This document shows, in pieces, positions 53,449 through 64,000 of a stretch of DNA of 64,000 nucleotides. The notes beneath the pieces were generated by a model, which was given only the letters and a program-made list of their open reading frames with translations, was not told the origin of the DNA and did not search any database. The first letter of the stretch is position 1. Each line of letters opens with the position of its first letter. The stretch is from Hydrolagus colliei (lineage: Eukaryota), in the NCBI GenBank assembly GCA_035084275.1, contig CM068743.1:44206001-44270000 (forward strand), in the 5' to 3' direction. A program made the position numbers and the translations under genes.

Positions 53449-54900
53449 CTCATAGAATCATAGAATCATAGAATTTTACGGCATAAAAGGAGGCCATTCG
53501 GCCCATCTAGTCTGTGCCGGCTCTTTGAAATGAGCGATTCAATCCCACTGCCCTGCCCGCTCCCCATAGCCTAATAGACCCGTTCTCCCTAAATAAAGAT
53601 CTAATTCCCTTTTAAAAGTTGTTATCGAATCAGCCTCCACCACCTTTTCAGGCAATGCATTCCAGATTCGAACAACTCGCTGAGTGAAAAAATTTCTCCT
53701 CAGCTCCCCTCTACTGCGCCTTGAAACTATTTTAAATCTGTGACCACGAGTCACAGATTCACCCACGAGTGGAAATAGTTTTTCTCTATTTGCCCTGTCG
53801 AAACCCCTCATGATCTTATAAACCTCTTTTAGGTCTCCCCTCAATCTTCTCTGCTCCAGAGAGAATAACCCTAGCCTATCTAGCCTCCCCTCATAGCTGA
53901 AGTCCCTCAATTCTGGCACCATCCTAGTAAATCTTCGTTGTACCCTTTCCAATGCCTTCACATCCTTTCTGTAGTGTGGTGACCAGAATTGAACACAGTA
54001 TTCCAGCTGAGGCCTCACCAAAGTCCTGTAGAGGTTAGTCAGCACTTCCTGACTTTTGTACTCTATACCCCTATTTATAAAGCCTATTATCCCATATGCC
54101 TTCTTAACAGCCTTGTCTACCTGTCCTGACACCTTCAACGAGTCACTAACACAAATCCCCAGGTCTCTCTGTTCCTTTACACCATTTAAAATTGTACTAT
54201 CTAGCCTATATTGCCTCCCTTCATTTCTTCTTCCAAAATGCATCACCTCACACTTCTCTGCATTAAACTTCATCTGCCATGTGTCTGCCCACTTTACCAA
54301 TTTGTCTATATCCTCTTGCAGATGGCTACTATCCTCCTCACTGTTTACTATTCTCCCTAACTTAGTGTCATCTGCAAACTTGGAAACTGTACTCCGTACA
54401 CCCAAGTCCAGATCATTGATGTAGATTACAAACAGCAATGGTCCCAAAACCGATCCCTGTGGCACACCACTGCTCACTTCCCTCCAATCTGAAAAACAGC
54501 CGCTCACTACAACTTTCTGCTTTCTGTCTCGCAGCCAGTTGTGGATCCACGCTGCCACTGTCCCTTTTACGCCATGGGCCTTTAATTTCATAATAAGTCT
54601 CTCATGTGGCACTTTGTCAAATGCCTTTTGAAAGTCCATGTAAACTACATCAACTGCGCTACCATTATCCACCCATTCCGTTACCTCATCAAAACATTCT
54701 ATCAGATTTGTAAGGCAAGATTTGCCTTTAACAAATCCATGTTGACTGTCCTTTATTAGCTTATATCTTTCTAAGTGAAGATCTACCTTGTCCCTGATTA
54801 TGGACTCTAGAAGTTTGCCCACTACCGACGTTAGACTGACTGGTCTGTAGTTACCAGGCTTGTCCTTCTGCCCCTTTTTATACAAGGGAGTAACATTAGC
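53449..54900 (-). mobile_element. CR1 LINE, 5'-truncated, uninterrupted C-terminal ORF2 (reverse transcriptase)
   Basis: ORF 53539..54945 with [51 protein letters not shown]; 3' (CATAGAAT)n microsatellite at ~53450-53473. The first ~15 aa of the ORF derive from flanking DNA. Confidence 0.97.
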
Positions 54901-57900
54901 TGTTTTGGCTGTTTTGTTTACAAATGCAGTTGCTACATTTGGCAATCATCACTTGTGGAATGCATTGAGATATTGCACTGTGATAAGGTGTTATATTTTG
55001 TTATAATTTGACTTTTGGCCTGTTTCATTGAATGTGGTCTTCTGGTATGCTTTGTGTGGAAATTAAACCAAATTTGCTACACACATTTTACAATTCCACG
55101 TGTATTTCAAGAAGCAGGAACATTCACACCACATGGAAAGTTCAGCACTTCAATCGACTGAACTCTTCAATATCCAAAGGGTCACTCCATTGGTTGCTCT
55201 TTTTGTTATTACTCCTTATTGCCAGTACTCCCAGAATAAACCATATAACTGTAATCCTGTTATATTTTTTTCACTGATGCAAGAGAACTTCAGGTCCTTA
55301 ATGGAATTGGCCTTTTTCTATTATCTGTGTAAATCTGATTTATTACACAACTAAATCCTTCACATAAATGATGGCTTTGAAGTCTCACATAAAACATGTT
55401 ACAGTAAGGAGCACATTATATACTGAGTGTTTTATATTGGTTCTCTATTAGACAGGGAGACATAAGCAATGAGTGTTATATCAGAGGTCATGATGAATCA
55501 GTGTTACAGTGAATGATTGAGATCCAGTTGAATATTCCTCAAAGATGTTCCATGTCATTTCTGAAATGTAACTTTGGCACATCCACAGATTTAAAAAAGC
55601 AACAGCTTATCTAGCAACACCTGGTCTACATGGGCTAAAGATGAGAATAAATTCAATGTTCTTAATGTATTAAAATACTATTTTAATATAAGAGCCAAAT
55701 GGAGTTTTAAAGTTCTTCAATTTAATTTTTATTGACTTATAATTTAAAGAATTTTGTAATATACCTGTGGAATATTGAAGATTGGAAACACGTAAAGAAG
55801 TAACTAAGAGAGATAGATGTTGCTGGTAGTTTTCCAAACACTACATCTATAAATTACATATTCAGTCAAACAACATTGCACTGCTTCCTACATCCTTTTT
55901 GCCCCACCACTACAATAATAATGCAAGGATTATGGCATCGATGTGCATTCACAAACTTACGTTAAAAAGTCTGAAAATTATTATTCTATGGCATTGTCTG
56001 CATGAAATATCACGATATTGGGTGGAATAACCCTGTAATATGTTGATTAAGGTTGTTGTATATGTTCAGGAATCGGCTAAGTGTATTCTGCCAGAGTGCA
56101 ACTTCAAGTGATAAACGTACAGTTGATATACAAACTAATGACTAAAGCGTAAAACCATATTCAAGGTACAAAATGGGCAGATTCTGAATGTGGACCTCCA
56201 TACTTAATATTCCATTGGTAGTTAGCGCCCCCCCCACCACCTCCCCAAACTCCGGGCATGTTTGAGGCAATTGAAATCCAATAGGGTGCGCAGTGAAATG
56301 TGGATATAAATTCTGAACGTGTTTACTCTTGCTCCCTAACTAACATAGGGTTAGATGAAGTATTACGTCACAGAGTGTGTCTAGGGAAGACCTGAAATTT
56401 GAAAGTGAGTAGCACTAATAAATAAACAAAAACCACTAATAATGTGCATGTTTCATAATATGTGGTAATATGTAATGATATAATTATTTCTTCCTTGTTT
56501 GAATGCCAAGCTTGAACCAGATATACACACACAAAATATACATTTGGCTGAGCCTGTTGATCTGCATGTGATTCCCACTTGATCAGTTGTAATTTTTTTC
56601 CCCCAAGAACCACTCATTATAAAGCTATTCAATTTGTTTTTCAGCAACTTGTTTCCTGTCAGACCGACAACAAGTAAGTTAAATCACAGAGAGATCCAAT
56701 ATTAAATTTGACAGCGTAAAATTTATCTGAAGATTGCCGTACAGACTTTTGAGAAAGGATATTGAGTTTGATTCTTCAACAACAATTCACATTTTTATAA
56801 GCAATCCCAGAATTCTGAGTTGTCTTAAGTTGATCAAAGAAAATTGCAAAGACTCATGGATTTGTTTACTTCATAAAGGCTGGCTGTATGACACAAATTG
56901 ATGAATGTCGATGAATGACAAGGCAAATGGAAGAATAAAGAACAAATGTTTTCTTGACCATGGAAGATAAAGGTTTCCTTGGTTTCTAACAGACATATAC
57001 TGCAATCAACATTGATCAACACACCAAGTTAACAAGTTGAATACTCCATCAATGTTATTACTGTATATTGGTCTGATGAACTAATTGCAGAGAACTGAAC
57101 TAACCTGTCGTAAGCATTAATTTGATTATATAAAACAAATAACCTTGACATATAAAACCTTTATTAAAAATTATAATTGAAGCAATTTGAGAGTTTGCAT
57201 GTCACATCACTAAATAACCATTCCTAGCTCCCTTTGTGCAGGTTGGTGCCTCAGAGCAATGAAAGCATGTATAAAAGTGAGCAATTGCTTTTTGGTTGGT
57301 AGAGGTGGGTGGGGGGATTGATTTGTGTCAAAGTGCATCACTTGTAGACAATTTTCAGCCAGAACATGAAACATTGTGTTCTAAAATTACCCATTTATTG
57401 CCAGAGGTGAGGATTCATGGGATATGTTTTCAGATGTCAGAAAGATTGTCAGCAGTAGAAAGACATTTGGAAATATATCATTGTTTCATTCAATTTGTTA
57501 ATCCATTAGATAACCAAGCGAGAATTTGTAAAACCAGTTTCTGATATCAAAGTTGGTAACCATGTCATCAAAACACCACAGAAGCATATTAGTCAAGGAG
57601 GGGATGACATGGTTAAATACTAATCCTATGATAGATTAGCATGGCCTTTGGCTATTAAAAGATATAAAATTGGTAACAGTGTAATCCAACCAGTTCCTCT
57701 GATCACCCTCCTCTACCAAGAGAGCACTTTTCTCTACAAGCAATAAATGCCTTCTGAGCACTTCTTGTGAGCTGACTTATTTGCCTATAACACAACATTT
57801 ATATCATTTCTAATTAGCTTTCTATTTTTGCAAGGACTTTGAGTCATTAATTCTTTATCAGTTAATAAGTTAAGTCATAAATGTAAGTTATTATTTCTGC

Positions 57901-60900
57901 ATCTAATGGCCGCTTGGTCAATCCACAAGAACATATTTCCTTATAGATCCACCAAGCATCCTCTTCATTAATTTGACTGAATACAAAATGTTCAATGTGC
58001 TGGTTTTGAAACAAAGTTTCAAAACCAGGGCTACCAGCACCTCATCTAGAATTAAAAAAAACATGAATTCTTGTAATGGCTTGTCATGGGGAAAATGTCT
58101 CAAAGAGTTTCACAGGCAATTACGGTATGAGGACAATAACAAAAGCCAATAACAGTACTAAAATAAATACATTTCCAAACATCATAGACTGGCACAGAAA
58201 TGATTTTTTTATGCGTAACTCGCTCATGCCCTAGTTATATTGCAAAATTAGTATTAATGTGATGTTGTTTTTTGCCACAAATTGTTGCTTTTTTGATTGA
58301 AATGTGTCTAGCTTAAAGCTTTTTAAATGTTATTAAATGGTCGTTTGAATGGCTGTCTTTTTAACAACACTAAGATACTAAATTGTGGTCTGTACTAGTT
58401 AAACTTACATGAGCTTGCAATGAGCTCAGCTTATCTCTGATGATAGTGATAAAACAGGGGAACTAGAACTCCTGGTCTGAATGCCTCCTAACAGCAGTGT
58501 TATTAATAAGTAACAAGGAGACCTTTTGTTTCAAGTCAAGAAAACGTCTCAAAATGCTTCATAAGATTTACTGAAAAGTGCAGAGACTGTGTATTGGTTA
58601 GGTGAATGCACACAGCAATGCCCTATTAATAAGATTTATCTCTTATCACAGCATGGGCACCTTTTCAAATGAACCAAAATGCAGTACATTATTTTAGTTT
58701 AGTTTGAACTTTGGTATGGTCACATCCCCATTAAGACTAATTTTTCTTCGAGAAAATTAAGTTAGTCAACGGGGCTCCATGGTAGTGATTGAAGTCATTA
58801 TCAAACTCTTTAATATAGGCACAGCTAATTAAACTACAGATTAATCCCAAAGGATTTTTATTACCTGGATTACAATGATCCAGCCACATTTAGCAATTTT
58901 CTTTGCTGAGGCCGCAGTGGGCAAATGTTGTAATTATTGAGGTAAAAAAAAGTGGCAATTGATGTGATAATTATTGCTGGAGAAAATTTAAATAATAATC
59001 TGTGCAGTTGATACACATCAGGAGGACATCAGAAGGGCAACTCAAAGCGCGCCACATGATGCACCGCTAAATGTAGCATATTTTGTAGGCAAACACAACA
59101 ACAACAACAAACAACAACAAAATTGCATTTATAGAGTGCCTTTCACGTCAGGAGGATGTTCCAAGGCGCTGAACACGGCAGCCAATTTGTGCATATCAAA
59201 GTGTGAATGACTAATTTTTTGGGACACCTGGAGGAACTCACTAAAAATGGTCTTAACGTTTGATACATTCTGTATCTGGAGAATCGCCAGTTAACACATA
59301 CCATGGCAAATATTCTGCCCCCTCCCACCCAATTTTTTATTAAAAAATTCTTTGAAAAGTATTAATAGCCAGCTGTTAATCATGCAACCATTGCAGCTGC
59401 CACAATTTTAATGGCAGTTTGTCTTAGCTCACCATTTAAAGTGTAGCTCCGGATGATAATTATCGCATCAAATACTACATATCCCACCACAGTTTATTTT
59501 CAATAATGTGAGTTTCAAGTAACTCTACATCCAGCCACCGATGTTCAGAAATTGAAGCCAGCTGGACATCAATATGGGAACATAACATTAAATCTCTAAG
59601 ACAGAACAAAATTGAATATATTAAGGAAAAGCAATATTAAAGGGTATTGGAAAAGTGCAGTGAGGTTAGAATGGTCCTGTTTTAAATTGGATGCCGGATT
59701 TCCGTAGTCATCAAAAAAAATAATTTTTGAATTTAGGTTAGATTTTTTGATAATTCTGCACTATTTAAAATTTTAAGACAAAATGGCTAAGAATAGGTGG
59801 AATTTCAAGTATGTTTGCCATCTGTGCCATAACACGTCTCTGATTTTTTGGTTATTCCTATCCTTTTATTGGCAATTTCAGTTATTTTTACACAGTGAAA
59901 TAGTAGGTATAGAATTTCATAATGATTTTGTATTTTTTTCAGATATGTGTAAGACCATTTGGAATAAATTCATCACAGGTATGCCTATTCTTTAGTTGCC
60001 TGTCAGTGCAATTAGATTCCGATGTTGATTAAATAGAGAATCATAGTACTGTTACCAGGAAGCAAGTGACAAGATTGTAATTCAGTCAAGGATCACTGTA
60101 TAAATAGACAATAGTAAGAATAGCTGCTACGTCTCTCCACAAAAACAGTCACTCTTCTTGACAGTTACAGTATTACCCATATATAAGTTTCAATTGGCTT
60201 TGGCTCTATAAAATGTACTTACATTTATTCTCTAGTCTTTTGTATGTCAACACTGTGGAGCGCTTTGATATGTCTGCACAATATGAAAGGCACTAAATCA
60301 AATGTAAGAATAATTATTATTTTCTCTTTCTTCCATGGTACTGTATTTTTTTCTAATTTAAATAGGGAAAAATCAGTATGTGTTGAGTTTTTCAATTTTA
60401 TCCAAATGTTGGAAAACTGACTTCCATTGTCAATACTTTGTTATCATAACTGTTATCATTATGATTGGAAAAAAAATGTTAAAAGCCCCAAAACTCAAAA
60501 AAATAAACAAGAATCAATATTATCCAGTGAAATACTTTTTAAAATAAAAAAGTTGCATTCTATACATAATGAAACACTTCGAAACACTGATAAGATATGA
60601 AAAGCGCTATATCAAATACAAGGATTATTATTATCATTATTTAATCAGGTTTCCATAAAGTCATTTGATTACTTGAAGCGCAACTTCAAAATTGTTTCTG
60701 GCAATCAAAAATTCAGACTCGGATGATTGACATTGTAGTGTCAATTATAAATTCATGTCAGTCACTGAACATGAATTTATTCTGCTTTATATTCCTACTT
60801 TATCCAAACTTACACAAATTCAAATGAATTGGCTCCTCATCTTATTGTTGTTTGTCGGATATCACTTGAGCAAACTAGCTGCTGCATTTGTCTCAATAGC

Positions 60901-61618
60901 AACGTTCATTTCAATTGTTATTCATGTCATTTTGTAAAACATTTAAAGATGTTTTTGTGATGTAAAAGGACTAAGATAAATAATAATTGTTTTTGCAATG
61001 ACCCCTAGTGCCTGTTTCTCAGTCAATGAGAAGGGACTTGAAAAGGGTTTAATCTCTACAATTTTTAAAAATGTTTTGGAACTTGTTTCATTTCCTTTTG
61101 TTAACCAAAAAACAAATTACATTAAAAAAAACAGTCAAAGAAACTGCAGTTGTTTGAGATAATGAAGTGTGCTATATTTTTGCATTTATGTAATCAACTG
61201 AAGTAAAGCTGAATTTAATAATGAAAGAGGCAGTTAACATTGCAGGAGAAAAATGAAAGCATTTGAATAGAATTAGATGCAGTAAGTAAGTAATCATTTC
61301 AATTCATTTCCTTTCACTTATTTAGATTATCTTCCATCAATGAAAGTTGCACCATGGTTTTATTGCAGCAGTACAAGATAATCACTACTTTATCACACAA
61401 TGTCACAACCATTGTAAATTGCAAATCAGAAGCGTCTTCGGATTATGCAGAGAGCTCTCTTATTTCTAAATTTTCAAGGAATAATGAAATAATTAGCGTT
61501 GGCATTTCAACAAAAGGAATGACAATCATTCAACACATTTTAAATAGAAGGCAATAGAAGGCAAATAACAGCCACTCAGTGTGAGAGCTAGTTTCAGTCC
61601 ATGGGTGTTTCCATTTAC

Positions 61619-61978
61619 CTTATTTGTTTGCATGCTTAAACAGTAAAACTGTTGTATATATTGCAATGAAAAAACACCTTCACCAAAGAAAGGGTGAATT
61701 ACGTCTGAATTCAAGTCTGCACATACGCGATAACCTACATATTAAAGGGTATAGCTACCACTTTTTAGCTGAGACTCTTGATTGCTATCTGGCTCTTAGC
61801 TCTTTGAGTCTGAATTCTTTTCAGCTGGTCTTATTAATTTTTAATTTGCTATTGTCATCTCTTCATCATAAATCCATGCATATCTCAACACAAATATTCA
61901 TGCCCTTGCACCCTTCATATTCTTGCAAGGAAATGAATGAACTGTTTGGATTTGAGCATGGCTATGACTTGATAAAGA
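61619..61978 (-). pseudogene. Pseudo-exon (360 nt, phase 0 to 0)
   Basis: atattccttcag|TCT...AATAAG|gtaaat; SLSSHSHAQIQTVHSFPCKNMKGARA*IFVLRYAWIYDEEMTIAN*...GSYTL*YVGYRVCADLNSDVIHPFFGEGVFSLQYIQQFYCLSMQTNK; 4 stops; phase matches preceding exon. Confidence 0.6.
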
Positions 61979-62459
61979 CTGAAGGAATATAAATTACAAA
62001 CATACAAGCCAAAGCCACTGCCAAGTATGAAACTGAAACATACAAAACCCACAAGATCTCAGCTTTGATTCCCGGTCAGTTTTGAGCTAACTGTTTGAAA
62101 GCAGTAGGGGTGATACAAATAGCCACAATTCCTGCTACTTACGTTTATCCAATGGTTGTACTTTCCACCCTCCACCCGCATGCCACCCACACACCCCCTC
62201 CCACCCACCCTCCAAGTTTTGCAAAATGATTGGATTGGGCTTCCCTGAATCCCAGCAACATAAAAATTACATATATAAAGCACCTTTCTTGTCAGGAGGA
62301 TGTCCCATTGTTCACAAAGCCTTGTGACGCTGTAATGAAAATTATAATCCTTGCATTTGATATAGTGCTCTATCGCATCTTCAAACCATCTAAAAGTGGT
62401 TTACAGAATATACTGACTAAGTGTATTGACTGTGTATTTTGTTAGCAAAAGAGTCACAC

Positions 62460-62878
62460 CTGGAAAGGTCATCCTTTTTTTTGGATGAGGTCCCAGTGGA
62501 CATTCGGCTGTTGTGGTTTCATATCCGGGGATGATTTAGTTCTTTCTGCAGAGAAGAGAAGCTTGCAGTGAACAGAGGGAACAGAAAGGCTTAACCAATT
62601 CCTCAGAAGCTGACTCCACTAACACCAACCCTTCGGAATGGACATGTCGCGCTCCAGTGATTTTCTTTGCTGATGCCAGCCCAAGGTGTCTGTTCTATTC
62701 TTCATACAGACACATATGTAATGCTCGGGAGGAAAAATGAAAAGATAGAACAAATCAACAGATATATTCATGTGATGTGCCCCCAGGATAGCCTTCTCCT
62801 TTAAGTTGTACAATTATTTTTGATGGGCAGCATCTATCACTATCTTTGTGGTATTTGCCTGAACTCACTTGCGGGCTC
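62460..62878 (-). pseudogene. Pseudo-exon (419 nt, phase 1 to 0); may extend upstream to ~63340
   Basis: ctctcacag|GA...TTCCAG|gtgtga; ARK*VQANTTKIVIDAAHQK*LYNLKEKAILGAHHMNISVDLFYLFIFPPEHYICVCMKNRTDTLGWHQQRKSLERDMSIPKGWC*WSQLLRNWLSL...HWDLIQKKG*PFQ; 4 stops in 139 codons. Upstream phase-1 donor TGCA|gtaagt at 63222 is compatible. Confidence 0.55.
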
Positions 62879-63341
62879 CTGTGAGAGTGCATTCTCTCAG
62901 AAATCTCAAAGGACATGTTTTAACATATTGTTGCTCAATACTTAGCAAACTATCTAGGCCTTCCTATTCCCATGAACATAACTACCCCAGTGTAAATGGC
63001 CTGGAATCAGCCTCCTCACAAATTGGCACCTTCTTATTTTATTTACTGCAATCAAGAGATCTGTTTCATTCAGTGCAATGAATCATGGCATAAGTGAAAT
63101 GATAATTGTCACCTGTCATAATTTATTATTATCACCAGTGATAATTATCATTTCATCCAACATTGCGACTTGGTGCAATCACCATTGCCCATTGATAGCT
63201 CATTGGTGTTCTGAAACTTACTGCAGCCAGTATTGGAGTTGTTGCCTATGGAGTTTGAATGAAAACTATATCCTTTTAAGTATTACTCTGCAAAGTGGAA
63301 CCTCCAAGGTAGTTGCTGAAAGGCAGGATGTTCACTCCGAC

Positions 63342-63620
63342 AATAATAATAATAATAATCCTTGCATTTGATACAGCGTTTTTCACATCTTACCGATGTC
63401 TCAAAACACTTCACAGAATATACTGTAAAGTGAATTGACTGTATATTTGTGGGTGAAACATGGCATCCAATTGCAATCAGCAGTCTCCCACAAACAATCG
63501 TGGATTGAGTGACCAATTTATTATTGTTTGTTTTCTTGATGGATTATTATCAGGCATGTGGAGTAATTCAAATCTGCTCAAGGTTTTGCCCTGCCTGAAA
63601 TCAAACCGAGGTCTCCAGAG
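63342..63620 (-). mobile_element. tRNA-derived SINE, short form (head truncated)
   Basis: Same family; abuts the most 5' pseudo-exon. Confidence 0.85.
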
Positions 63621-64000
63621 TGCAGAAGACTAACTAGCCTATCGAGCCTGTGCTGTCTCCTTGAAGGAACAATCCTTTCAATTCTATTTTCCTTGCCTTT
63701 TCCCAGTAACAGTATAAATGATTCTTGTTTATCTAGTTATTTATCTAGTTCTGTCTGGAAACTAAATATGATGATTACTGACTGGTTTGATTTAAATTTA
63801 GAATTGTCACAACACATGTTGCATTTGATACACTGGTATTTCACATAATATGTAAGCTTACTGCTGCTAATTTTTTGCCATAGTAATTATTTGGCCAAAT
63901 AGAAAAATGTTTGCTGCAGACCTTTTGCAGATATTTATGTTCTAAATGATATTTAATGTCCTAATCTTCTACTGCCAGTTGTCAGTTGTGTTTGTGGTAC

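Larger units (their letters stand above)
2941..63340 (-). pseudogene. Large decayed multi-exon protein-coding gene (unidentified), spanning the window
   Basis: Series of non-repeat minus-strand segments with polypyrimidine-AG acceptors, GT donors, protein-like translations and phase-compatible junctions; many have scattered TGA/TAA/TAG stops or frameshifts. Individual exons listed separately. That all belong to one gene is an inference. Confidence 0.65.

Noticed and set aside
53539-54945. 468-aa ORF as a host or domesticated gene
   Set aside because: 5'-truncated CR1 RT with retroposon tail; the start codon comes from flanking DNA and a near-identical second copy is nearby.
59095-59120. (CAA)n/(TTG)n and (TAA)n arrays as CRISPR or functional repeats
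   Set aside because: Simple retroposon tails; no repeat-spacer structure; eukaryotic DNA.
61624-61992. 122-aa plus-strand ORF (and 3288..3557 +)
   Set aside because: Antisense shadows of minus-strand pseudo-exons; no supporting plus-strand gene structure seen.

Overview
Repeat-rich, AT-rich vertebrate genomic DNA. The repeat complement (DeuSINE/SacSINE1-like SINEs, CR1 with a (CATAGAAT)n tail, L2 with (TTG)n tails, short Penelope-type repeats) suggests a cartilaginous fish; this is an inference. I find no intact host protein-coding gene, and the long ORFs in the track are LINE reverse-transcriptase fragments or low-complexity artefacts. Main result: a large, decayed multi-exon gene on the minus strand spans nearly the whole window (~63.3 kb down to ~2.9 kb). 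At least 12 candidate exons have AG/GT boundaries (one donor is GC) and phase-compatible junctions, and several carry premature stops or frameshifts. I cannot identify the protein. Other notable items: three TSD-flanked Penelope-type inserts whose consensus is a minimal type-I hammerhead ribozyme; a 2.3-kb hAT-like composite carrying an RTE-LINE fragment, a SINE and a TATA-promoter-like segment; a tRNA/CORE-like/L2-tail SINE in long and short forms; several MITEs; and many ultra-short L2 tail insertions. Coordinates were read by eye; degraded repeat boundaries are approximate.
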